64,000 bases of DNA from Trypanosoma brucei (taxonomy: Eukaryota). The notes under the pieces were generated by a model. The model saw only the letters and a program-made list of their open reading frames with translations, was not told the DNA's origin and searched no databases. Shown piece after piece: positions 20,663 to 31,106 of this stretch. Made by a program: the position numbers and the translations under genes. The DNA lies in contig CP000070.1 of NCBI GenBank assembly GCA_000002445.1, positions 512,001 to 576,000 of the forward strand, in the 5' to 3' direction. The stretch's first letter is position 1; the number at the start of each line of letters is the position of its first letter.

Positions 20663-22639
20663 TTATTCCCATTCCGTCGTCCCCGGCGGTTTCCCCGTGA
20701 GATCATACATAACGCGTGATATGAAGTCAAATCCCTGCAAAGTCTCTACAATTTCCTTAAGAGCTTCCAATGGCATATCGGCTGATCCCGGAGCCGCTGG
20801 GACACCAGTCATGAAATCATTTGTAATAAAAGGCCTTATCACAACACTGAAGGGACCCTTTTCCTCAAAACCTATGGGTAATAGTACCACAGGCACTTGG
20901 CTGAGCCGCCTCACAAGTCCATATTTAATTAAGGCACGGTTAACGGTGTCATCCGCAAGCCGAAGTTTGTCCAGCACCTCAGGGACAAGAGATGACTTGG
21001 TCGCTTTCAACGGTGCCTCAGCTCGTTTAGGTCCAAACATAAACACGATACGGTTAACATTTGACGTTAACTTTGGAATAACCAATGCAAGACGCCCAAG
21101 GGAGTTCCACTCTTCTTTATTTGGGAGGCGACCGATGGAAAGTGCCGCAGCGTAGGCATATGTCCTGCCGTCGCCCTGCACGCCCACCGTTCGGATTGGT
21201 AAAATGCAGCTTGCAGGTTGGAGGCTACGCAATTCCTTGCAGAGTGGCTTTAACAGTTCGAAACGCTCATCACCAGCGCACACGGCCCGAACGTTTTCTT
21301 CTGTTCGAGCGTAGTGCTCGTCCTTAAAGAGTGATCCGTCGCTGCATAAAACACGAATAGCCAAACCGGGCCCGGGAAAAGGTTGGCGCTGCACTAAGTG
21401 AGTTGGAATGCCGAGTCGAGTACCCAGTTCCCGCACCTCATCCTTATGGTAGTCGCAAAGTGGCTCGATGATTCGACCCTCCGCTCTCAGTTGCCGCACA
21501 ACTGCCGTATCATTGTGGTGCGTTTTTATTGCATCCGCCACCTTACTGGCGTAGGCCGAACCCGACTCGATCAAGTCAGGTCTCAAGGTTCCTTGAGCGA
21601 GTAACAGGTTATTCACGTCCAAATTAAGATCCTTCACCGCTGCATCACACACAGACATGAATGTGTTACCAATGATGACACGCTTCTCCTCAGGGTCTAT
21701 CGCCTCACAGAGTTTTCCCGTTTGGTACGCCCCTTTGCCACGCTTCGCTGGGAATTCCGTCGTTGCTTCAGAAAATTGTTTGGTTGCATCAATCAGCGTT
21801 ACGTTAACACCAGCGGCTCTCAGCGCCGCCACAACCTCTTGGCTTTCATTAAGCCGCATAAATCCATGGTCAATGTGTATGCATACCACTCGCTCCGGTC
21901 CAAGCGCTTTCAGCAGCAGCACAGCACAAACTGTACTGTCTACACCCCCTGAAGCGAGACACAAAACTTTTTGACCCTGAGTAGTGCGCTCACGAATCAG
22001 GCGCAGGGCCTTCTCCTCCCTATCCTCCATTGTAAATGTAAATTTACAGCCACAAAATGTTAAAAAGTTTTTCAAAATTTGAACTCCGTTCTCTGTAAGC
22101 TCCACCTCGGGGTGGAACTGTACACCAAACAGCGGAAGACTCTCATGTTGGACCGCGGCGATGATGTGTGCGCTACTTCGCGCCGTCACCTTCAGATGCG
22201 GCCCCGCTTCTGTGATGGAGTCGCCATGCGTGAGAAGCACCTTTTCTTTATTTGAAAGACCATGGAAAATGGGTGAGTTGGTATCAACGGTTATCTCATC
22301 TTGGCCATCCTCCCGTACTCCCGCACAACCAACTTTACCACCGAATGCTCGCGTGAGCAACTGCACGCCATAACAAATACCCAGCAAAGGTTTTCCAACT
22401 GAGAAGAGGTCCGTGTTATACGATGGCGCATCGGCGTCACTGATGGAACTCGGCCCACCACTGATGATAATTCCCTTAATTGAGGGATCACTACGAAGGA
22501 TATCAGTGGGGGTATCCAGTGGCATCACTCGAGACTCGACGCGAAGTTCCCGCACCTTCCTGTCAATCACCTTACCGTATTGAGAACCAGCATCAAGAAT
22601 GACAACACACTCCGTTACCGGCTCCTGTTGAACTGACAT
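20663..22639 (-). CDS. GMPS: GMP synthase [glutamine-hydrolysing]
   Basis: 658 aa with an ATG start (cat at 22637-22639). N-terminal class-I glutamine amidotransferase: VVILDAGSQYGKVIDRKVRELRV, GIIISGGPSS, catalytic Cys in GICYGVQLL, HGDSI. ATP-pyrophosphatase P-loop SGGVDSTVCAVLL. C-terminal GMPS dimerisation region ...IEPLCDYHKDEVRELG... The guaA domain order is complete. Confidence 0.92.
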   Translation of the reverse strand: MSVQQEPVTECVVILDAGSQYGKVIDRKVRELRVESRVMPLDTPTDILRSDPSIKGIIISGGPSSISDADAPSYNTDLFSVGKPLLGICYGVQLLTRAFGGKVGCAGVREDGQDEITVDTNSPIFHGLSNKEKVLLTHGDSITEAGPHLKVTARSSAHIIAAVQHESLPLFGVQFHPEVELTENGVQILKNFLTFCGCKFTFTMEDREEKALRLIRERTTQGQKVLCLASGGVDSTVCAVLLLKALGPERVVCIHIDHGFMRLNESQEVVAALRAAGVNVTLIDATKQFSEATTEFPAKRGKGAYQTGKLCEAIDPEEKRVIIGNTFMSVCDAAVKDLNLDVNNLLLAQGTLRPDLIESGSAYASKVADAIKTHHNDTAVVRQLRAEGRIIEPLCDYHKDEVRELGTRLGIPTHLVQRQPFPGPGLAIRVLCSDGSLFKDEHYARTEENVRAVCAGDERFELLKPLCKELRSLQPASCILPIRTVGVQGDGRTYAYAAALSIGRLPNKEEWNSLGRLALVIPKLTSNVNRIVFMFGPKRAEAPLKATKSSLVPEVLDKLRLADDTVNRALIKYGLVRRLSQVPVVLLPIGFEEKGPFSVVIRPFITNDFMTGVPAAPGSADMPLEALKEIVETLQGFDFISRVMYDLTGKPPGTTEWE

Positions 22640-23048
22640 CCGTTTCTGAAGCTTATCCGAACGCTTAGCTGAACTCTTTATGAAACTAATGGGTTAGATA
22701 TCAACATGTGTTGGTAACCAATATAACGGGGCAGAGCAAGTAACACAAAAATGACGTACACAAACGACCGCAATACAAATGATGGATGCGAAGAAAAGAA
22801 CACTTTCCCCCTTTCATCTATATATATATATATATATATAAGGATAATGCACCATACGCCGATAGCGTCACTTCAGGTGATTGTATACGCGCCGCTGAAT
22901 TACAACGATACCAACTGCCTCACCAGCCCTCGTAATTACCACTAATAAGCTTTCAGTTGCCATGGCAAACTATTGCTGTTATCAGTAGTGATGATAAGTT
23001 TCCTCATATGCATTTACACGTAAGGGAAAAGGGAGCTGTGACAGTGCA

Positions 23049-23294
23049 TCATCGCTTAACAAAGACGCGGAGAAATTCTCCACTGAATTCCATACCATTC
23101 ATATTACCCGCTGCAGCAATCGCATCATCCGCCTCTTCAAACCCAACCTCAACAACAGATTCCTCCTTCTTGGCTGTTGTTGTGGTGCGCCTGTCAAAGT
23201 CTGTCACTTCTCCAAATGACGAACAGATACGCAGCAAAGAGTTTTCATCAAAAGCAGGTGGCAAACAGCGAATACAAATCCGCCTAGACATCAT
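23049..23294 (-). CDS. Small single-RRM (RNA recognition motif)-like protein, 81 aa
   Basis: ATG ATG start (cat cat at 23289-23294). RNP2-like beta1 ICIRCLP. Helix DENSLLRICSSFGEV. RNP1-like SVVEVGFEE. Helix ADDAIAAAGNMNGMEF. Beta4 GEFLRVFV. Same strand as all other genes. The overlapping plus-strand 168-aa ORF (22957..23463) has no recognisable features. Short length keeps confidence moderate. Confidence 0.4.
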   Translation of the reverse strand: MMSRRICIRCLPPAFDENSLLRICSSFGEVTDFDRRTTTTAKKEESVVEVGFEEADDAIAAAGNMNGMEFSGEFLRVFVKR

Positions 23295-24242
23295 TTCTCC
23301 TTTAAAACGTTTAATTGCATCTAAAGAGTCCCTCCAGGTTTATTCCCCTGGTAACTTTGAACACCTTTCGTGCTCCCACTGTTGTCTCGCTTTTACGCGC
23401 TTGCGATCCTCCACTTCCTACAGGACCGCGGCGTCAAAATACTCAGCTTTGTTACACAATTGAAAATAGTGGCAAATAGTGGAAATGGAAAAAAGTTATA
23501 TTAGTTTGGTGAAACAAGGCTCTAAAAGAGATGATACAACGAAGATTGATAGGGAAAGGTTAGTTCGTGCATAAATAAGTGTTTTGATACGTGAGGTTTG
23601 GGTAATGTATCTAAATGAGCCTGTAGGGGAATCCCTACACAAGAAATTGAAACATGGCCAAAGAGTCAATCATTTATCACTGTTGAATCAAACCGCAACA
23701 AAAATGAGGCAGCAAAAAATACTCAATATCGGTGACACCACGCTCCTCTCAAAAGGTTAAAATTGAGTCACAAAATCAACGGCGAATACTCCGATTTAAA
23801 GCTTGGATATTGTCTCCTCCTTTCTTTGTTCGTTTCTTTCTCTTGTTTCTCTTCTCTTCCCTTCCTTTTCGTTTGGTTAGTTTTGGTTTGGTACTGTTTT
23901 GAAGATGATAACAACAAAAAAACACACCCGCTGGTTTGACACCGCCATCAACCCACAATCTAAGTGAATAAGAAAGTTAAGAAAGAAAAAAAAAAAGAAA
24001 ACAAACAGTACCTCATCATCTAGCAAAAAAGAAAAAGGAAAGAAAGGAAGAAGCGCCAAGCTTCAGTTCAACCCGTGTGCCTGTGAACCTGCTTAAATCT
24101 GAACAAGAAAAAGGGTTTGGGGGCCTTTGTAATATCTTCACACTCCCTGAACTATCATGGTTTCTTTGAAAAGACGGTGGGATCAGATTGGTGTAAACTT
24201 GCTATTTTCCATCAGTAAATGAAAGACCCATCCTTTCATCTC

Positions 24243-24998
24243 TTAACAGCATAATAAATCATCGAGAGAGGTCAGTAAGTTGGAATCCATTCTGAGGGCA
24301 CTGGCTTCCTTCATGATGGCGGCGCAGGCTTCCTTCCCTTTTCGTGCCTCTTCTGCTTCTTCAGTGAAGAACTTATGTCTTTCAATCAACCTCTGTTGTT
24401 TCCGCATCTCCGTCTCTACTACCCAAGCCCTTCTTTCCTCCTCCATGGTTGCTTCCACTTCAGCAATTTTGGAGCGCAGCTGTTGAACCTTCTGTTGATG
24501 ATCAACGGCTTCCTGTGCGTTAGTTTCCTCCAATTTGTGGATCTGATCCCGGTACTGTTGTTCACGCTCCTGGCAAGCTATTTGAAACGTTAAGAGTTGT
24601 TCCCTCATTTCCTTCTCCTCTTCTTCACGTTTCTTAAGGCGTTCTGCGATTTCAATAGCACTGGCTTCAAGTCGTGGTTCGTATTCCTCATTACGGGCAT
24701 GAAGCCGTTTAACTATTTCTTCGTTTTGTTTTACCTCTGCCCTGGCCTCCGTCGTTTTGCTCTCATTTTCTGCGATTTTTTCCTTCATTTTCTGAATAGT
24801 TGCCAAAACACCTTCCTTATCACAACTCCAGTCTCGCATGAGTTGTTCATGTTCGGCTAAAATTTGCTCATTTTTCTTGAGTTCATCATCCAAAGCGGAT
24901 TGCTCTTGTGCCACTGCGTTTCTCAGAGCCTGATGGGCTGAAATGGCTTCTTTTAATGCGGAGCCACGGGGTGCGGAAGTAAGTCGTGGCCTGGTCAT
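24243..24998 (-). CDS. Coiled-coil protein, 251 aa, hypothetical
   Basis: ATG start (cat at 24996-24998). Charged E/K/R/Q-rich heptad-like sequence throughout (EQSALDDELKKNEQILAEHEQLMRDW...EEERRAWVVETEMRKQQRLIERHKFF). Confidence 0.6.
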   Translation of the reverse strand: MTRPRLTSAPRGSALKEAISAHQALRNAVAQEQSALDDELKKNEQILAEHEQLMRDWSCDKEGVLATIQKMKEKIAENESKTTEARAEVKQNEEIVKRLHARNEEYEPRLEASAIEIAERLKKREEEEKEMREQLLTFQIACQEREQQYRDQIHKLEETNAQEAVDHQQKVQQLRSKIAEVEATMEEERRAWVVETEMRKQQRLIERHKFFTEEAEEARKGKEACAAIMKEASALRMDSNLLTSLDDLLCC

Positions 24999-25702
24999 AT
25001 CTAAATGATTAAAATAAAAACGTACGCCTCAGTGAGTAAATTTTTTTTTTAAAAAAGAAAACAACAATTATTCCTCTCTGTTAGACTAACTTGTTGTTTT
25101 TCTTTTTTAAAAATAAATCAACTTTCGTATATTCTTTCTGCTCGTTTGCTTGCCGTATGTGGTGACTTTTCCCTTTCTTTGTCAGCTTAACGGGACACGA
25201 TTTTGGAAGAGAGCAAAGATTACAGCACGTGGAATCTGTCAAACAAAAAGGAAGTAATTAGTATGAAGATGCCTTCCTGTAAAATTAAGTGTCTACTGTA
25301 TGCTTCGTGAAGAAATAATGGACCCAAAAAGAATAAAGGGAAAGAACCAAAAAAGAGGGGGATGATGCCAATATTAATAATTATTATTAATAATTAATAT
25401 TAACAGCACAGTAACAGTAACAGTGACAACTACAACAACAACAACAACAACTATTATTGTTATTATAAGCTCCCATTCAATGAGTGTTTGCTGCACATAA
25501 AGCAAAGCACGTGTAGGGTGGCGTGAGTAGGAAACAAATGAAGTTCTGCACGCTGCTTGTCCGTTCATTAAGACAAATATAAATACATACACTTTTTTTT
25601 GCTTGTTTGCTATTCGTTCTTTTTTTATTATTATTATTTTTTCGTTTTCTTGCGCCTTCAGAAGCGCAGATGACGTAAAGAGGTAATACGAGAAGCAGCA
25701 GT

Positions 25703-25759
25703 GGGAAGGGGGAGGGGGAACTTTTTTTTTTGGGGGGGGGAGGGGGGAAAAAAAAAGGG
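25703..25759 (+). repeat. G-quadruplex-forming motif: GGG-AA-GGGGG-A-GGGGG-AAC-T10-G9-A-G6-A9-GGG
   Basis: Six G-runs of at least 3 within 57 nt on the plus strand, which is the template strand for the minus-sense transcription unit. A second isolated G11 run lies at 55205-55215 and a C11A10 run at 13290-13310. Confidence 0.7.
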
Positions 25760-27580
25760 AAAGAGTAAAGAGGCAAAGGCGATGAGGACACGAAAATGTG
25801 TCTTCACTTCACTTCTCTTTTTTTGTGGGGTTGTTGTTGTTGTTGTTGTTGTTGTTTCTTTTCAAATGTGGTAAAATCAAGAAGGAAGGAGTGACAAAAA
25901 CTCAACCGCACACGAGATCTCATTGAAGGTTGGAAAGTTTTGACATACAAATGAGTTTCGTCCCTTATTTAATGATACAAAATACATTTACAAAAGAAAC
26001 GAGGTAATATTTCTTTTGTAAAAGCGGGCAGTAACGAAAGGTACGCGAGTAAAAGTAGAGAAGATGTAAAGGAGCGGGTGCCAAATGAAAGAAACCACTT
26101 TCTTGATAAATTCACAATCACAACTGCAAAAAAAAAAAAGAAGAAGAAAAGATGACTACTGTCAATTCAAACTGCAAAAATTACAAATTTCGCAGAAGAT
26201 GCATAACGGCAACGTCACAGCTACAAAAAGAGAAAATCTTTTTGTTGTTTTCCTTAAACCTTTTCTTTTTTTTTTTAATTGTATGCTTGTATCTTTGTGT
26301 GTGCGCAGAAGGCGCAATGATAACACCCTCACCTTCACATTCACATGGCCATATATGACTGGGACCGTTCTTTTCTTTTTATTTTCTATTTTATTTTTAT
26401 TTTTTTTGTTTTGTTTTTGTTTTTCTTCATTTTCGTTTCCCTTTTCCGTTTCTACAAACAGTTGTAAGCAACAACTATTGAACATTCCCATGCCATACGA
26501 TGTCGAAATGGAGTGAGAGAAGTATAAAAGTTGTTTTATTTTTTTTTTAAAAAATCAAACACTGCCATCACGGTGATGAAAAAGTTGACCGAAAGCAGTT
26601 GAGTGACACACAAAGCATGTACTCGCATCATTTGCGCATGACAGAAAAAAAAACACACACATTTAGCGATACTCTCACCCTCACTAAAAGATTAATGGAA
26701 AAAAAAAAGCAATACCAAACAACAATAAAAATAGAAAAACACACAATACTGTAATACAAGAAACCAAAAGGAAGGTGAGACAAAAAAAACAACTGTGGCA
26801 CAGTAGCGATAAGAAGAACATCAGGGTAAACGAATGTTCCTTTTTACCCTTTTCTCTCTTTTTTTTTTCGGAGATTTACTGTTCACAACACATACTTTAA
26901 CGTAATAACTTGTCATTAAAACGAAAGTGGTGAGAGAAACAAAAAAAATAAACAAAAAATTGTATTCGTAATGTGTTCGTTTGTCCGTGTTCATGTGTGC
27001 TTTTGTCTTTTTATTTTATTTTTTTTCCACCCATTTTGTTGTTGCTTCCTCCCAGTGAATATTCCTTCCTTCCTTCCCACTCACTCCCTCCGGTGAACCA
27101 ACCACTCACCAAATGCCTTATGTTACCTCATTGGCTCACGGTATTGATGTTATCATTAACATTACTGTCGACAAGAACATTATCATTGCACCCACCCACC
27201 TCCACCTATGACTTCTTTCACCATTCCTTCAACAGCCGCTTCGTTGCGTTTTGTTGTCATTCTCCTCCTCCTCCTCCTCTTTTTCTTTCACATTAACCAC
27301 ACCCTCCGGTGTGTTTTTTTTTTCCTTTTTTAAAAAAAATTATCATCAGCCCAACCCTGTAAACACACACACACACACACACACAAAGACAGGTAAGAAT
27401 GTGGCAACACATGTTCACTGTCTAAATACTTCCTCTTCCCTAATCATTAAGCTCCTTATTCCCTTTTGTTTTTTTTCTTTTCTTCATTTGTTACTGTTGG
27501 GCTCCCTTCTCAAGTTGCCTCTCCCCCTCCTCCTCCTCCTCCATTTCTTCCTGATTGCTGAAACTGCAAACACATCTTCT

Positions 27581-28828
27581 TCACACCACGCCATCAACCT
27601 TAAGGTTGTCCTGCAGCTCTGTTAGGCGCTTAACGGCTTGTTTGCGTCTCAACCGCCATTCGTCCTCTAAATCATTTAATCCATCCGTACGAAAAAGAAT
27701 GCGCATAAGTTCCTCATAGTAACCCTGTCTCTGGTTTAGTGTAAGTCCATCTTGATTAACCATCGGTTCCATAGCGGCTATATTTGACTCAATTTCAATC
27801 AGCATTGTTTTCTGGACACCATTGACTTCGTTGGGGGAAAAGTAAAGAGAATATATCCCATCCGCGTCGGGGTTGATGGGCACAGGTTCAATGGTACCAA
27901 CTCCTGAGCGAATGCCGCAGCTAGAGAGTTTGGTGCTCAAGTTATTTAGCTGCTTTCCACGGAAAACAAGTTTACATCCTGCAAGCCGTGGCTCCTGTGC
28001 TACGGCTGCGAGAAGTACATCATCCAGCGTGGCCTCATCCGGTAATGTAAGCAACACGTTTCGCTTCAGACCAGGAGACAAGCAACGGAGCGACACTACT
28101 GACCGCGGAGACAAGGGTTCTGATGGCTGACTTTGCTGCTTCATATCAGGTTGAAAATCATCAGCCGCCTTCGCACTTTCAGATTCTGTTGTGAAACTGC
28201 TACGTGTAATATTTGATGGCACCCCCATAGGCGACGGTATCGTTTGCCGCCCTGTTGCGGCATTGTTATGATGGGAGGTTTGAGGACGGCTATTTGCTGA
28301 TTCAAAAGCTGAGGGTGCAGAGTATCGCGTGTCATTACCAACGGATTGATGCTCGGAAGTCGGCTGCCGTTTGGGTGACTGCCATCCACTCAATGATGCC
28401 AATGGAGGTGAACCACCACTCAAGCGCACACCCGAAGCAAATGTTCGCTGCTTTGGCGAATACGCGGACTCCATCGTCCTATTGTATGGCAAGTTGTCGT
28501 TTTGTTGTGGTTGGCCCTGCTGCCTTGGGGAGTCTGTTTGTTGTTGCGTGCAGTACGGATGCTGATGATGTGACTGCACTCGAGAGCGCTGCGAAACGTT
28601 TGTGGGAAGCTCAATGATAAGTGATCCATCTGGAAAATCACTCAATGCACTGCGCGGGCCTATCTCTTGGTAGTCGTGTACTATTCGAGTCCCTTTTGGG
28701 TAGTCGTACTGATTCACAAGGAAGTTAACTAGTCTTTCTACTGTACAATCGCGTGGCAGCACGAGGTCTATGATTTCCCCGCGTGAAGACCGCAACCGTG
28801 TCGTCACAGTTGCAGACGTTTGATGCAT
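27581..28828 (-). CDS. BAG-domain co-chaperone-like protein with ubiquitin-like region(s) and a Ser/Gln/Pro-rich linker
   Basis: 415 aa with an ATG start (cat at 28826-28828). C-terminal segment YYEELMRILFRTDGLNDLEDEWRLRRKQAVKRLTELQDNLK fits the BAG-domain three-helix pattern (EEL..LL.kLD.i...gd..vR..RK..v..vq..l..LD). Upstream segment VSLRCLSPGLKRNVLLTLPDEATLDDVLLAAVAQEPRLAGCKLVFRGKQLNNLSTKLSSCGIRSG resembles a ubiquitin-like beta-grasp domain. The N-terminus (EIIDLVLPRDCTVERLVNFLVNQYDYPKGTRIV) may be a second one. Confidence 0.55.
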   Translation of the reverse strand: MHQTSATVTTRLRSSRGEIIDLVLPRDCTVERLVNFLVNQYDYPKGTRIVHDYQEIGPRSALSDFPDGSLIIELPTNVSQRSRVQSHHQHPYCTQQQTDSPRQQGQPQQNDNLPYNRTMESAYSPKQRTFASGVRLSGGSPPLASLSGWQSPKRQPTSEHQSVGNDTRYSAPSAFESANSRPQTSHHNNAATGRQTIPSPMGVPSNITRSSFTTESESAKAADDFQPDMKQQSQPSEPLSPRSVVSLRCLSPGLKRNVLLTLPDEATLDDVLLAAVAQEPRLAGCKLVFRGKQLNNLSTKLSSCGIRSGVGTIEPVPINPDADGIYSLYFSPNEVNGVQKTMLIEIESNIAAMEPMVNQDGLTLNQRQGYYEELMRILFRTDGLNDLEDEWRLRRKQAVKRLTELQDNLKVDGVV

Positions 28829-29723
28829 GTCACCGTATGCAATGCAGCCCCGCGGATAGTGTATTTAATCAAAATACTTTTGCCTTCACACCCTCCTGCA
28901 ATAGTTGGGTATGAGGAAGTAGAAAAAACAACAAAATTGTACGGCAGCAACGAAACTGAACGAAGCCAATACTAATAAAAAAAAATGGCCAACCCCCGGA
29001 ACGAATACAAGAAGGATGAAAAAGAAGAGGGACCAAATCTCCTTCCTCTTTCCTCCTTTCCTTTTATTTTTTAAAGGCGCGCAAATGAAAAAAAAAAGCT
29101 TTTGTTCACGCTACAGCTAAGTATGATGCAACCAGTATTCGGCTACGAACGAACTATAGTATATATATATATATAATTTTTTCTTCCCCTCGTAGTGAAA
29201 GCACAAATTAGCTAAATCCTAGTGAGTGTGTGCGCGTAAAATCCTTATCAATGCAATTATCGTTTGCGACACGTGAGGCTCCGCCGAGTTGAAGAAATAA
29301 AACTTAGGCTACACGGAAGATATGTATATATAAATAGAGAGAGTGTGTGGTGAGGCATAAGGAAAAGGGACAAAAGGGGAGCGATAAGAGATATGGCAAA
29401 GGAAGAAATCACATGGACCGTCACTGCAAGCGATCAAAGCAGAAAGTGATGGAGTGGTTTGAGGTGAAGAAGTTCCATTGATTCGCCACAGGGTTTTTCT
29501 CACCTTTATTCCTCTCCCCTTCTCTCTTTTTCTGCAGCCACTGCTGCTTAACACATTCTCTGTACCGTCGCCTCTCATTCATAAGTGATAGGCACCAAAG
29601 AGAAATCTCTTTTTTTTAAAAAAAAAGAAAGAGAGGTGGAAAAGATGGTACTCCAACATTGGCAAGGTACCGTTAGACAACAAACAACAGTTGTGAGCGT
29701 TGCGCACATCGCGTATGCGTGTG

Positions 29724-31106
29724 TTAAGAGAGGTTGCCATACATTACTGGACGACCAGGTACACGATACTCCTTAGCGTAACGAACGATAATGTGATCAA
29801 ACGCAACACCGGGATCCAGCAGCGGTGCAACGTACGCACGAAGCTCCTCCGCCTCCCACCGTCCAGGTCGAATTTCAAACAATTGCCGAGTGCGCAATGA
29901 AACGTCTGTTGAGAGGACATTGCTCGGGGCCCATACAGCACGAGCACCCACGTGACTGTCACCTTCAGCATTACGGACGACAATCACCGAGCCATATAAA
30001 AACTTAAGCAATGCATTCCGGTCCGATTGTGATGGTAGCGTCCCATCCGCAAATAACGAGGACGGGATGCTGGACGTCCATGAGTCATAGAAAATGTCGA
30101 AATCAAGCTCCGGGAAAAGGGAACCACGACGATTGACCGATTTCGAAAGTTTCTTGTCCTGTAACTCCGCTTCAGTAAACTGCGTATTCTGCTCTGCATC
30201 ATCAGCGAGCAACACTGAAGCAGCGAGTGCTTGCAACACTTTCGGTACCTGCAAAAACGCCGCCATCCCTCGAGGGGTTTCACCACTTGCGGTTGCGTTG
30301 CCGTATGCTGCCCGTACAGCCCGCAGGACAATGTGCGGGTAAACTGATGGACAGAGCTGTTCCATGACTCCTTCCCATGACATGGTGTCATACGCATCGA
30401 AAAAATTCAACGATGCTCGCAGGGCTTCACGCATGAGTGCGGGTTTCAATAAGCGAACATACCCATTGAACACTACAGCCCCCATATCAGAAAGAATTAC
30501 AGCCAGTTCACGCGCACTGCTACGGTTCAGAGCTACGAGTTGAGGAAAGGTGTAGAAACGTTGAGCGGAACTTGAGGTACCATTTTCCAACTCCTCCCTT
30601 TTTATGTATTCCACATTTTCGTCTGAGCGTTCCACTGTACCAAGAGTGTCGAGCTCCTTTAATGTAAGGGGAGATTCCAATAAGTGTTGCGAGATATCGT
30701 TGTAGGCTACGGAGGGTTTAACCTCGAAGACCCGCTCAGACGAGCACACCACCACATGCTCTCGCCCTTCCCCCGCATCGGAAGCATTGTCAGACTCAAT
30801 GATGCCATTTGTATCGTGCATTTTCGCTGCTTTTGCTTCTGCAAGGAGAAGTGTGTTGGAGTACTCAACACGCCGCACACGGAATGTTCGCTCATCATCA
30901 CATAAAAGCAGTTGACTGCCTCCCTTCATAGTCATTAGTGTTGTCGCCTCATGGTGAGTTTCATTGATTTTCCCCATTTCTTCACCAGTTTGCTTGCACG
31001 CCGCAACTTTGCATGTGATCTCCTTGAAGTGGTCAGCGCTCACTGACAAAATGCGGTAATCCGCGGCGCAGTCGTCAAAATCCTCGCGTAGCGTTACCCG
31101 CGCCAT
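29724..31106 (-). CDS. Sister chromatid cohesion protein DCC1-like (CTF18-RFC subunit)
   Basis: The track start is a GTG (cac at 31122-31124). The first ATG is at 31104-31106 (MARVTLREDFDD...), giving 460 aa. Similarity to human DSCC1: LLLCDDERTFRVRRVEYSNTLLLA matches AVLCSKDKTYDLKIADTSNMLLFI. C-terminal TDVSLRTRQLFEIRPGRWEAEELRAYVAPLLDPG matches IIFLLKVDDLPEDNQERFNSLFSLREKWTEEDIAPYIQDLCGEK. Confidence 0.5.
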   Translation of the reverse strand: MARVTLREDFDDCAADYRILSVSADHFKEITCKVAACKQTGEEMGKINETHHEATTLMTMKGGSQLLLCDDERTFRVRRVEYSNTLLLAEAKAAKMHDTNGIIESDNASDAGEGREHVVVCSSERVFEVKPSVAYNDISQHLLESPLTLKELDTLGTVERSDENVEYIKREELENGTSSSAQRFYTFPQLVALNRSSARELAVILSDMGAVVFNGYVRLLKPALMREALRASLNFFDAYDTMSWEGVMEQLCPSVYPHIVLRAVRAAYGNATASGETPRGMAAFLQVPKVLQALAASVLLADDAEQNTQFTEAELQDKKLSKSVNRRGSLFPELDFDIFYDSWTSSIPSSLFADGTLPSQSDRNALLKFLYGSVIVVRNAEGDSHVGARAVWAPSNVLSTDVSLRTRQLFEIRPGRWEAEELRAYVAPLLDPGVAFDHIIVRYAKEYRVPGRPVMYGNLS

